64,000 bases of DNA from Bigelowiella natans CCMP2755 (Eukaryota; Protista; Cercozoa): assembly GCA_000320545.1 (NCBI GenBank), contig ADNK01002054.1, forward strand, positions 21,899 through 85,898, in the 5' to 3' direction. Shown piece after piece: positions 12,463 through 25,034 of this stretch. The position numbers and the translations under genes were made by a program. The stretch's first letter is position 1; each line of letters opens with the position of its first letter. The notes below the pieces were generated by a model. That model was not told where the DNA came from, did no database searches, and saw only the letters and a program-made list of their open reading frames with translations.

Positions 12463-14112
12463 ATGCGTTCGTACATGCGTTCGTGCTTCGCACGCATCCT
12501 CATACTTGTCCTGACCCCACCGGCTATTGATGGATCTAAGCCACGAGATACCTATTCCCAGCTGTTTGTCTCTGATTCTTCTGAGTTCACACAGGAAGAA
12601 GCAAAAGTGAACGGATCCCTTCCTGAGTACCTAAATGGAAAGTACATTCACAATGGTTGTGGCTCTTTTGAATTCAACAATCGTTCGTTCAGCCACACAT
12701 TTGATTGCTATGGAAAACTTCATATGTGGGAGTTTACCGATGGAAACGTCGTGTTTTCCTCAAGAATGTTGACTTCAAACTTCTACAACGAGTCAGCCAG
12801 ACGAAACATCGTCTTCCCAGAGGTGTTCTTTGGAGTCGAGTCCCCTCGCTTCGACTTAAAGGAGAGGATGGAAGCTATCATGAACAGCAAACCTGGCCCT
12901 AAGGGAGCAGATAATATGAACGTTAATCTCTGGGACTTTGGATTTGAGGATGACACGATCCTCGCCTTAACCGACTCATTCAACTACCTAAAAATCAATA
13001 CAAATACACTTCAAGCAACACCATTTGTGTTTGACAACATGGACTTTAGTGAGAATGGTTCAATGTCTCCCGCTCACCCTCAACGTGTACCCGACGGCTC
13101 TGGCTCAACCATTTCATGCGTCTTAAAAACCACTAACATGATGACAAACAATGGGAGGATTACGTTATTTAGACAAGAAAAAGGCGCAACACAGCTTCAG
13201 TCGTTCTTTACAACAGAAGTTCCCATTGCACACTATGTCCATTCTTTCTCAATCACAGAAAATTACGTCGTTGTGGCTCTCTATCCAACGTATATGCGGG
13301 AGATGTGCGTAACTGGCTCACTAAGAAATAATTGGAGAGGCGTTGAGGAATGTTTCACATGGGATGGAAAACTGAATAAGACGACGTTGTTGGTAGTTTC
13401 GCACAAGACTGGGGAGCAAGTTACTACGTCAGATGTTCCCCCTTTCTTCAGTTTCCATCACATTAATGCTTATGAGGACAGCAAGGGTCAAATCGTTGTC
13501 GATCTCATCTCAAATATCGACTCCTCCATCATCCAATCAGAAGTCTTCGCCTCCAAAACGATGTTAGACTGGGAAGCTCGTGATGCTTTTAAGAAAGAAT
13601 ATTCTCCCTCAACGTATACACGGATCACAATTGACCATGGTACAGAGGAAAGTCAAATGCAAGAAGTTAGCATCCTTGGAACAGATGGAAGAAAATATCA
13701 TTTCGACTTTCCCATAGTAAATCCGAAGGTGGCAGCGAGAAAGCATTGCTTCGTTTATGGAATTGCAGGACCTTTCGCAGGTGACTCAAAAAGCTACAAT
13801 GCAACCGCAATTGTCAAAGTAGATCTTTGCTCGAAGGCAAGTAATACATCTGTCGACGTTGCTCCGACCGAACTCTACTTTCCTCCAGCAAACCAGGTGT
13901 CAACTGGAGACTTTTCATTCGTACCTAATCCGGCTTCAGATGCGGCAGAAGACGATGGGGTATTACTAGGTGTATGGATAAATGGGAATGCAAGGGGGGC
14001 GTCCTACTTGCGGGTGCTTGATGCAAAGACTTTGAAGGAGTTGGCTACTGTGGAGACTCCAGGGGCTCACTTCCACATGCCATTTGGATTTCATGGCCAA
14101 TGGTTTGGCTGA
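12463..14112 (+). CDS. Carotenoid cleavage oxygenase (RPE65/BCO family), intronless, with putative signal peptide
   Basis: 549-aa ORF. Starts with V.GSLPEYLNGKY and HTFD.YG.LH. Four iron-binding His motifs: PAHP, YVHSFSITENY, FHHINAYED, PFGFHGQW. Also FDFP.VNP and EDDGVLL...VLDAKTLKELA. Confidence 0.93.
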   Translation: MRSYMRSCFARILILVLTPPAIDGSKPRDTYSQLFVSDSSEFTQEEAKVNGSLPEYLNGKYIHNGCGSFEFNNRSFSHTFDCYGKLHMWEFTDGNVVFSSRMLTSNFYNESARRNIVFPEVFFGVESPRFDLKERMEAIMNSKPGPKGADNMNVNLWDFGFEDDTILALTDSFNYLKINTNTLQATPFVFDNMDFSENGSMSPAHPQRVPDGSGSTISCVLKTTNMMTNNGRITLFRQEKGATQLQSFFTTEVPIAHYVHSFSITENYVVVALYPTYMREMCVTGSLRNNWRGVEECFTWDGKLNKTTLLVVSHKTGEQVTTSDVPPFFSFHHINAYEDSKGQIVVDLISNIDSSIIQSEVFASKTMLDWEARDAFKKEYSPSTYTRITIDHGTEESQMQEVSILGTDGRKYHFDFPIVNPKVAARKHCFVYGIAGPFAGDSKSYNATAIVKVDLCSKASNTSVDVAPTELYFPPANQVSTGDFSFVPNPASDAAEDDGVLLGVWINGNARGASYLRVLDAKTLKELATVETPGAHFHMPFGFHGQWFG

Positions 14113-14867
14113 ACGTGTGCGTGCAAACAAATTGTGTCGAACTCATCATGCTCAGACGCAAATTAATGACAACATGTGTTGTGAAGTTGCTACAACATCT
14201 AGAACATCATCGAACTGATATGCACGCGCATGGCAACGCCTAGCCCGCCTATGCGCCATGCGTGTATGAGCACGGTACGACTAGCAAGCTAGCAAGCAGC
14301 ATGATGCCCATGCACATCGCAGGACCGGCACTGGCTTACAATGCAAACAATGTGCTGTGACCAGCGCGATGATCGTGATGCAATGCTCTTGTCATTTTCG
14401 CATGCAACAACATGTGTCTATGCAGATGCAAGCAAGACGGATGTAATTAATCAATAAAATTTGATCAATGGTTATCCTTATGTAGCTATGCTACAGCGCT
14501 AATATTGAATCTGTGCTGGTTTCCGCCATGATGTGTTTCATGCAATCAAATGCATGTTGCACGTGTTATTACAAAAATAATCTTCGCGATGCATAGCCGT
14601 ATAAGCACATTGCAAATTCATCTATAAGGTTATCGCAATATTATAGTGACAGATGCTAAATGTATCATTGTGTGTGTATAGACACAACTTGAGCGCTGTA
14701 GCCGCTGCTTTGCACATCTACATTAGGATGACCATTGAAAAAATTTAAACATTTCATTACATCCGTCTTATATATGATGATGCACATAAGCGGATCGGAA
14801 GCATTGTAGGAAGTGCTAAATTGTTCAAAAGTAGGACTTCGTTGCTCATACTTCATGAACTCAATGT

Positions 14868-15970
14868 TTACATTTTTGACATTCTGATTCCTGCATCGAT
14901 TCGAATGACGGTTCCATTGATGTATTGATTCTCTATGATATGGGTAGCAAGGTGAGCGTACTCTTCAGGGGTCCCCAATCTCTTTGGAAACTCACACTGC
15001 TTTGCAAGTGAAGCCTTTGCCTTTTCGGGGAGTTTCGCAAGCATCGGAGTCATGAACAATCCAGGGGCAATTGTGTTGCATCGAATACCATGCTTTGCAA
15101 GTTCTCTTGCAATAGGGAGTGTCCTGATTAATTGCGAACGGTCTCGTGATGGGGCTACTCATAGAATCATTGCAATTGTATTTCTTACATTGCGACAATG
15201 CCCCCTTTTGAAGCACTGTATGAAGCTTGGCCGATTTGTCCTTCGTAGGCAGCAACTGAATCAAACAAAGGTAGTCGCTTTGAGTCAAAATGAATTAATG
15301 TCGATGCGGATAGGAAGTACTCGAAGCAGTGTTGATTATGATCCCACGTTCTCCATCGATCGGACTATTTGATGCCATCTCCTTCGTTACCATACGAAGA
15401 GCATTGAACGAGCCTGATAGGTTCACCTTGTATAGAATAATAGGAAATATCACACCATCGTCCAGAATTGAACGAAAAAAGCTTCTCCTTTTTCTAGGAG
15501 AAATACAGGTCAATTATCTCTCAATCTCATTGTTTTTTTTTTGCAACTTGAAGAGATTTTCAAAGCTAAATGACTTGTAACCTTTAGAACTAGATCAAAT
15601 ATGTCCATTCTATGCGGTTTCCCAGAGCGTGACAAAACCTTCGAAGGAGCTGTCATAACAGGACGGCGCAATCATTAGGGGCAAATTATGCAGCACACGA
15701 AAATTCGTTACCTCCGATACCCGCACAGTTAATAAGGCCACGAATATATCCCATATTTCTTGTGCCTTCGATGGCTCTGGCGATGGAGGCCTCGTCTGTG
15801 ACGTTGACCTTAAAGAATCTGCATTTTTTCCCCTCCATTTTGCGACCTTCCTCCTCGTTCATATCCCAAATCGACACCTTGGCGCCTTGAGCAATTAGAA
15901 GCAGTGAGGTTGCCTTTCCCAGCCCTGAGGCACCTCCGGTAACCACGAAAACAGAACCGTCAATCTTCAT
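14868..15970 (-). CDS. HSD17B10: 3-hydroxyacyl-CoA dehydrogenase type 2-like short-chain dehydrogenase, about 5 exons
   Basis: [98 protein letters not shown]. Confidence 0.93.
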
Positions 15971-16500
15971 GTGATCTTGTGTTCAAAAATGAGAATGATC
16001 AATAATTCTATGGAAATCCTTCTAGGTCTAGGAAATCCTGTCGGAAATCTATCAAAATATTCTGCTTTTTATTCTTCTTTTCCCTGCTGTTCTTGTTCTT
16101 GTGAATCTTGTTCTTGCTATGGTTTTTGTCATTCTTATACGAAATAATTGGCTTGGAATTTAATCCTACATCATTATTATGCATTTGTTGCCATTGTGGG
16201 TACTGCACATGTTACTCAGGAATCCATGATGGTACCCTACCGCATACGGGGAAACAGGGAAATTAAGTTCTGTATCTTCTTGTCGTAACTTACTAACTCT
16301 GGAGATTTGTTCAAAACCTGGAGCGTAGCAATCAATCATCACCACCGATATTTTTATTGGCAGATATTCGACATTTTTTATTCATACGACAATGATTTCT
16401 TCCAGTCTCAGCGTGTAAATAACATACATTTTTGTAGCCCAATATTTGATTTGAGCCTTTGGGTGATTGTGGACAAATCGCGCAAGCAAGCAGTGTACCC

Positions 16501-17376
16501 ATGCTCTCTCGTCGTGCTCTCCGATCCGCATTCTCCTCAGCAAGGAAGGCACTCTTCTCCACAAAGCACGCCCTCCCAGACCTTAATTACGACTATGGGG
16601 CGCTCGAGCCTACTGTTAGCGCTAAGATCATGGAGCTTCACCATTCGAAGCACCACCAAACTTACGTCACTAACCTCAATGCAGCACTTGAGACATACGC
16701 AGATGCTGAGGCTAAGGGCGATACAGCCAAGATGATTGCTCTTCAGGGGGCAATTAAATTTAATGGAGGTGGCCACGTCAACCACACAATTTTCTGGGAG
16801 AATCTCGCCCCGACTTCTGCTGGGGGTAGGTTTTGCCAGATATGAAAACGCATGTTTCCTTCCATGACGATGCTTATTGTACACTGCAAGGTGGAGACGG
16901 ACCTACGGGTGATCTTTTGGCAGCGATCGAAGCAAAGTGGGGATCCATGGACAACTTCATGAAATCTTTCAATGCAAAGACTGCTGCAATCCAAGGATCT
17001 GGATGGGGATGGCTGGGTAGATAACAGAAAATTTGCGGGATCTAACAGCGAGCATATGTTTTTTTGATCCTGATCTCCTCGTAAAAAATATAATGTGCTA
17101 GGATATTCCGCTGATTCAGGACTTGACATTGTTACAATGGCAAATCAAGACCCGCTGACCTCGCACACCCCCCTTCTTGGAATTGATGTCTGGGAACACG
17201 CATACTACTTAGATTATCTTAATGCTCGGCCAAAGTACCTTGAAAGCATCTGGAAGGTATATGTTTATCATGGATACATGAAAGAAATGTAGAAAATGGA
17301 ATCATACTAATTCTTATTTTCTTTTAAGGTTGTAAACTGGAAAGATGTTGCAGCCCGATATGAAGCAGCAAAATAG
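16501..17376 (+). CDS. SOD2: Mitochondrial Mn superoxide dismutase, 4 exons
   Basis: Presequence [16 protein letters not shown], then [87 protein letters not shown]. Confidence 0.96.
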
Positions 17377-17639
17377 ACGATTTGTGCAGCAGATGTGAAG
17401 CATGGAGAAACAACTTCATTGCTAACGTTGTCATCGTGTATCAAAGCGTTGTGCGGCTCATAGTTGGGGCACACACATGTGCTTATCAGTTATTTTGCAG
17501 CAACCACATGCCATGGATGCGATGCATGAGTGTACATTGCGAGTTGCGAGCTCATGATCGATGATGCATCAGATCTAGCTAGACATGATTACGAACAACA
17601 ATTACATGCATGATCCATGCTAGCATGATGCAATGTGCT

Positions 17640-18580
17640 GAGAACAATGCGATGGCATCACATGTTGATTCCCACATTCTTCGTGCGTTGGTCAAACAGC
17701 AACAAGTTCTGGGAACAAAAAGTGTCACATTTGTTGAAAAAAAAAACTCATTTCAACCAAGGCACATCGCACCTGGCGAGCCTGTGTTGAGTCGACAAGA
17801 CTGGAAGACGTCTAGACGAGCTGGTGCTTGTTGTGTGCTGGTGGAAAGCTAGCTGGACGTGCATAGCGTGCCTCACAAACTGTGCTCTCAGCGCAGCACC
17901 GCAAGCGTGCTCTCACGCCCAGCCAGTCCGTGCAAACAACGAACGAATGGAGCAGGTGCGCACGTCCTCTGCAGATCTTTGCGCACCGCTACGACAGCGG
18001 CAGAACCTTGTCAGCCATGCAGCTGCAAATCAGCGCGCCAGTCTGACTTGGCTGCTCAGTGGGCTCAACCCCGTGAGAACACGCCGCCGCAAACCCCTTG
18101 GCCCAGGACTGGAGGAGACAGTGCAGATGAAAGAACGAGCGAAAAAACGAAGTGATTCCGCTGGTCCGGCTGAAAAAATCATTGGGTCGCCAACTCATCC
18201 ACTTCTCATCAATTAGCCAAAGGAAGAAGAGGTGCTTGCTCAGGGTAGCAGGGCCGAAGTCTGGAAGTGGACAAAGACTGGAAAGAGGGAAAGCAAGTGG
18301 GCCAATGAGACTGCCTTGAACTGAACGCAGTGAAGTCAAGCTAGAGTGAAGTGTTTCCAACGGGTTCAATGAGTTGACTCGTGTTCACTTCGACATTGCC
18401 AACAAGATGTGCACAAACGCACTTGCAGACAAGCTGGAGCGGTTGAAGAAAGAAAGGAAAAAAGAAAAAGAAAGAGGTTCCGCTGACTGACAACTCAAGA
18501 CGTTGTTGAACTCATTCTTCCCAGGTCTCTCCAACAAAGCCGTTGACCATTTGAAAGAAAGAAAGTGGGACTTCATTGTG
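17640..18580. repeat. TpA-depleted island containing a decayed coding-like relic
   Basis: Manual count gives 7 TA in 940 bp, all in CTA or TAG context. The + strand carries interrupted protein-like text (NGFNELTRVHFDIANKMCTNALADKLERLKKER...LLNSFFPGLSNKAVDHLKERKWDFIVPW). Confidence 0.65.
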
Positions 18581-18779
18581 CCCTGGTACTCGTACTCTCT
18601 TGCTTGGAGACAAGAGTGATTTTGTCCTCTTACGTTTGACAAACATGCAAAACTATGGCGATTTCCTCAGCAGCGACTTGCTACAAGGAAGACGTTACAT
18701 CAAAACGGCATACATTTGCAATTTACACAATTCCTTTCGTCGGAAGCAGCTTATCCTTCTCGTTCCCATTCCACCACTG

Positions 18780-19404
18780 ATGCTGTTTGTGGCAACGATT
18801 TCGATTGCCATAGCTGTCCAGGGCACTGGGCTATCCGCCCTATCCATCAAACCTGTTCGAGCAATTCGATCCACGCCACGTACATTCTCTGGTGAAAGAG
18901 CTGTTATTTCCTCCAAGGGATACTACTCCTCCCATCTGGATAACCAACCCATTCAAATGAATCGGAGGCGCTCCCGTCTCTCCGACAGATTTGTCAGTGT
19001 AAATGCCGAAGAGAAGGACAGGCAGGAAGAGGACATGGAGAAAATGAAGAGGACACTTGAGAGTTTCGGGTTCGACTCAAACAGGGCTAGTATGAAACTG
19101 GATGAGTGGAAGAAGGAAGGGCTCAACACGACTGAGGAGGTTACCGGCAAGCTTGTTGGAGATGCTGGGAAAGCTCTTGCGACAAGATTTGCGTGGTTGG
19201 GTCTGAATGGTTGGCTAATATGGCAAACCTACCTATTTTCCCTTGCATACCAAGCACAAGATAGCTGGCTTCAGTGGCCATTCAAAATTTTCACCTACTT
19301 CAACACGTTCTCCTTTGTACAGGTTTGTGCCTGCGCAGATTTTTGGTGCTACTCGTGATGGACGAAACTAGCATACGACAACCGATGCAACACCACACGC
19401 AACA

Positions 19405-19446
<42 letters not shown>

Positions 19447-20139
19447 ATGCAAATACTTTACTGTGTGCAACTGTGTTGTGTTATAAGAATGCACACATGT
19501 TGAGCCTTTTGAGATTGCGTATGTATCTGTGCTGGTCTTTGCTTGTCTCCACGCATGTAAAACGCGTAAACCTAAGACTGATAATCGGTTTGGTGGACGA
19601 CACAGGAAGCTATATTGTTCGGAGTTATGGCATACGCTACAGCTCAGTTTGCAAGAAACCCCGTTCTACTTGAGGCTATGCAAGAAATCGCTGGCGTTGC
19701 GAAGTTACCGGCTCTTGAAGTAAAGCCCCAGAAGGTAGTCGATAGCATCAAGGTTTTTAGATCCTTGCTGGAGCTTAACAGCCGACTTCAAGCTATGGAC
19801 TATAAATCGTCATCGCTCGATACCCTGTCTTCCTTGCTCACTCTCTCGCAACTTGACTACGACGAAAGTGTTGATGTGTCCTCGCTCAACACTGCAGCAA
19901 AGGTTTTCAATCGCTACGATGTCAATGGGGACCAGAAACTAGATTCTGAGGAATTTAGACTCATGCTTCAGGATGCTGGGCTGGCGCTCGATGAGGCGGA
20001 GATCAAAGAGGCAATAAAAATATTAGATGTCGTGAAAGTCGATGGATATATTCAGTTTGACGAATTTGTCAACTTCTGGGCAAAGAAAATGAAAGGACCT
20101 GATGAAGAATCAGATACAGAGAATTCTAAACCCTTATAA
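18780..20139 (+). CDS. Putative plastid-targeted membrane protein with a C-terminal EF-hand pair (exons 18780-19322 and 19606-20139)
   Basis: Hydrophobic signal MLFVATISIAIAVQGTG plus an R/S-rich transit-like region, two TM-like segments, and EF-hands FNRYDVNGDQKLDSEEF and LDVVKVDGYIQFDEF. The GT-AG intron restores the frame. Confidence 0.8.
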
Positions 20140-20555
20140 TCGCTTAATAGAATCATCCCCAGCTGATAGTAATCGGGCAAGCACAGTTTGCCTTGCAGAA
20201 CAATAAATGGCAGCTGTGATTTCCTTTGTTGCTCCTTTTTACTTATGTGTTCGATAGTATGTGATGCAGATGTAAGATATTCTTCGGAAGCATTTTATAT
20301 CTGAGCACTGAATTGCAAGTAGGGAATAATTCCTTTTTTGTGCACGCGGAGGGAGATTATCAGCATCGGAACCGATGCAATGACCTAGCATGTAGTCCAT
20401 GTTTATTTGCAAAACGAACTATGGCATACAATACAAATGGCAGCAACACATACACGTATCTAGAAATGTGCTCACTTACATGAAATGTGGACATAGCTGT
20501 AGCATGTACGTCACATGCTATAGCATAGCCAGCCTGACGTACACGCGCATAATAA

Positions 20556-20636
<81 letters not shown>

Positions 20637-21216
20637 CGTGCCCATGACTTCAGTATTCAGTATTGTGTTGCCCGCAATAGCATATACCGCGGTCAAAATC
20701 TAGAACATATGCCCCGTTATTGTCACTTGTTCAATTTCACTGATGATGTGACGTGCAGCATGACTAGATGACTTCGGCCCAAAGCTGCCACATACGATCG
20801 TCGGCTGTCGCATCGTGTGGTGTCAGCGGAACATTGATAATGGCACGCACGTTTTCCTCACTAGCCCTGCATCATCATCCTCTCAAAGCTTCGTGTGATG
20901 TATACTAGTATAGCTTATCATACGCATCATATGGACATTTGTATGCCTTTCAAACGAAACGTGAAATCCTATCTAGCTTGGAAATTACAGCAGATCGAAA
21001 TCTCTTGGCGATATGCCGCGTTTACACATGTATAGCTGTACGTTTTAGAAATGTATCAGTCTATCACGCGGGATCTGCTAACATGCGCATGGCATTGAAT
21101 ATACGAACGTTCGCAGGAAAAAATAGCAAAAGCCTGATAGAATGCAACGGCATTGCACCTCGGAATGTTCCGGAGTATTCATCGTTATGTTGACACCAAA
21201 ACTCGTTTTATTTATC

Positions 21217-23099
21217 TTATGATTCATTATTATCCTTATCCTCATCATCATTGCTTGGAGTTGATGGTATACTACTGACATGGAATCTCCGGTTGGTGTA
21301 GTCAAATATAATACGCTGATCAGCAAGAGCCGCAATGCCACAGACGCCACATGAGGACGAGAGTTTGTCAGTCTCTGCGTTTGTTGTTTCAGCTTCATGA
21401 TTCGTCAGTATCGCTGCTCCGATTCCTAAATTTTCAATGCTAATTCTCTCTCCAGGCTCGACTGGACCAGGACTCGCCTGGCCGATGAAACGCCCAAGTC
21501 TCTTCACATCCAATCCATAGAGTTCCTGTGCTCTTTTGATATTGATCTGAAAGGCCTCGGAACCTCCCATCCCCGTATCTAGCAGCATGGTCACCTGCTT
21601 ATTCTTTGAAGCTTTGGTTGTTGACTTTCGAGGTTTTAGCAACTCGTTTGCCTCTTCAGCTCGTAAAACACGAGCCACCTTTTCGGTCTTCTTCTTTGGC
21701 TTGTTCTTTTTCGCTTTTTTCTTTTTTCCTTCCCCCTCTAAGTCTCCTCCCCCCTCTTCCCCTTCTTCTTCTTCTTTTTCTTCTATCGGTTGATCGACAA
21801 GAAGATGAATTGAGTCCCCAACCACCTTATCCACAACGCAGGTCTCACCATTCGACTGAAGCACTGCAGAGTCTCCTTCTACCCACCAGGAGGGTGATAA
21901 CGTTAGCTCGACGTGAGGCACCTTGAATGCCAGAGTGAGATCACGCCATTCCTTTTGTGAAATCCCAGTCTTGGCGTTTGCTTCCTTGGTGTTGGCAGAC
22001 GGTGGGCTCAACTTGATGTGGCCCCTAAAGGATGGAGGCTTTCGGCCAGAACTCTTATATTCACGTAGCGGCATCATCCGAGGGGGCATATCTATCTCCA
22101 CTAGTGCTTTGCTTAGCAGCTCGTAGCCGACATATCTGTTTGTTAGTAGAGGTATCGTACACAATCGTCGCCCGACGAAAAAGGGGAGGAGTAGTAAGGT
22201 GTTCCACCCATAGAAAACATATTATTATTAATTTAATAGTATTATTATCAGCATTATTATTATCATTCTTGTTGTTATTAAATTAAGTCAAATATGATAC
22301 CGTAAAGGAGGAGTGACATACAATACTATCGATAACATTGATCAATAATAGCAGCAGGCCCAGATGTGTTTTTCTACGAAGAACTTACTCCGTACGCACG
22401 TACCCTGCAATGTTGCTGGTGATGCCAGGTTCAGCCATTGCATCGGCGATTACAAATAGGTGTGGATCGTCGAATGTAAGGGGTCCAAAGCTCAGGTTCT
22501 TGGCCTAAAGGTGGTGCATAAGAGAAGGAGGAGGAGAAGACGACATCATCGATATGAAGCAAGTGACAGCCAGAGCAAAGTAGCGTTATGAGAGAAGAAA
22601 TGAGTTACGATAAGAGAAATAAGGAGAATATGATTGCTCTGGATATGTTGATTGCTTGTTGTTGTAAAGGATGATCATAATGATTAATTGATTCATTCAT
22701 TAACAACAACAACCTGGCCAACGTATCCGGGATACATTTCGCCGTTTATGAACCCAGATATGTTGCTAATGCATATAATAATAATAATTCTTTTTGGGAG
22801 GAAGTACATGTACTTTTCATTCTCTCATCAGGAATAGAAGAAATGGAACGGAATTATAGCTGCTTTGCGTATCGTGTTAGTCTCATCATCACCTGAATTT
22901 CATCAATTTGAGTCCTTTGTCTTCCTGCAGCCTTGCAGCCGTATCTGATGTTCAAGGTAATATATATTGATGTGTGGAGAAAGTCTTAGGTAAAGCATCT
23001 TATGGTGATATCCATGTGACGTAAGAACAATCACCTCAGCCGATGCTTTGCAGGATGCTATGTGTGTATATTAATACCATATAATTATGATATGTGTAC

Positions 23100-23134
<35 letters not shown>

Positions 23135-24696
23135 TTGTGTGTGTGTGTGTGCGCGCGCGCGCGCATTTAAGCACCTTTATGTGCGTGCATTAAAAAAGAT
23201 AACGTTTTTACCAGCGTTGATGATGAATCTGCTTAATCCGCTGTCAAGTAACCACCACCCATAGTCCTTGCCATTGATCCTACCCCAGTGAAAAATAGAA
23301 ATTGACGAAGAGGGAAGAGAGAAGGGAAGGAGGAGAAAGTAGTGGGGGGAAAACGGAACTAGTAGTTTTTTTAGTTGAGTTGTTGTCAGTAAATGAAGCG
23401 ACGGATACTACTCGCAATCAATAATACTTGGCAGGGATATATAGCCGGCCGCTCCACGCCCGCAAGTACTCCAAGTCGAAGTGTAGATTTTCATCATCTT
23501 CGATAAAGTGAAATCGCTCATCTATGAGTTTATTGTACACAGGAGTAATTAGATAGGAAATCGATGAGTGCACGCATGATCACACAATCTAACATAGTTA
23601 CCACCACCTGCGTTTGATGGCTCCTTGAACAGTGTCTCTGAAAGTGGAACCGACGATAGGGAGGTAATAGCCGAAGTAATAGTCAAGCCTCCAATAGAGC
23701 TATGAGTGGTTATACGAGGAATTTGAAGCCATGGGCCAATATTGACATCTTTCCATTCTTCAACCTGCAAAAAAATGTTAAAAATACCGTCTGAGAAATT
23801 GATATTATGATCTTGACATCCTCAAAGAATACCTCCCCTCTCCATGTCTCGTGCTGAAGATATATTGAATATTTCTTCGGAAGACCACCCTGTTGCTCCT
23901 CTGATTCGTCTAATTCAACAGTCGCTGCCAGTTTCCCGCCCTTCATCCTCAATGCTACTCTGTTGTTGTCCACCTTCTGCTCGATCTCTAACTTCTCTTT
24001 AACTTCCGGGAGAAGCCAAAGGCTAAATCTCAGCCACTCGGTGAGACAAATCGCTTCTAGTTCGTCGCTAATAAGCTGTCTGATTCCGTTTCCATCTCCT
24101 TCATCGGTCCATCCTGTTCCTTTTGCTGCATCGTAACCGTATCTCGCAACAACTACCACCCCAGCTCCCGAAAAGTTGCGTGTTGTTTCGCTATAAAACG
24201 ATCCATCTGCACTAATTATTTTGCGTGTAGTTACAGTAGTATTTTTGGCAAGAGTATATGCTGTACTGACTTGGTCGAATTCATATTGCATGGCTACACC
24301 GTCGAGCGCAGAGGACTCACCATCTAATCGTTGAAAAATTCTTTGCCGAATTGATTCCATGTCTAACGTACTTTCTTTCATAGAAGCTAGAACTGCTATG
24401 TTTTGCCGTCTGTAAGATGGAAGATGACGTTGGTCCTGGGATTCTGATATCCTTCTTCTTCTTCTTCTTCCAGCATTGAGTTGTTGCCTCCATCTCGGCC
24501 GAAGTGCTGCTGTCTGGCACGTTTGCACACTTGGGATGTGACGTACTACTAAAGTTGCGGTAGCTAAGTTCTGTTTACCATCATAAGTAAGGCTACAGAC
24601 TATGAAGATAAGCGAAATAATGGTTAGAGCAAGGTAGATAGAAAAGGAGATCGGCTTTCTCCTTTCTCTCGGAGTAGGGCACCCCTGCACCATCAT
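21217..24696 (-). CDS. Putative plastid-targeted aspartyl protease with two retropepsin-like domains, multi-exon
   Basis: Bipartite leader (ISFSIYLALTIISLIFIVCSL then an Arg-rich stretch). Catalytic motifs INGKDYGWWLLDSGLSRFII (exon near 23212-23280) and TMLLDTGMGG. Flap/closing motifs YVGYELL and CGIAALADQRIIFDYTNRRF. Confidence 0.78.
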
Positions 24697-25034
24697 TCTT
24701 TCTGCTGCTTCAAGGCCAATCTAACGTTGCGACAGCTCTTTTTATAAGTAATTCTGATGGATTTCCTTCCTGCGACATGACTGGTTGACCGGGAAGTTTT
24801 TGTTATGAGACTTGACGCTTGTTCGTATCATCATGTGTTTTGCATGAAAAGAAAGCGTACTTCCGCGAAATTCTTCGGAAATTCGGTTTTAATGCAGAAC
24901 CCAAGCGATTTATACGATTACGACACCGCATTTTAAATTGTTTTCGGTCGAAACGCCCTCATCTCTTTTCGATACACCTATCACGTCGACCCCCACCACA
25001 AACCAATCCTCTTCCGTCGTTGGCAGCAGCAATT

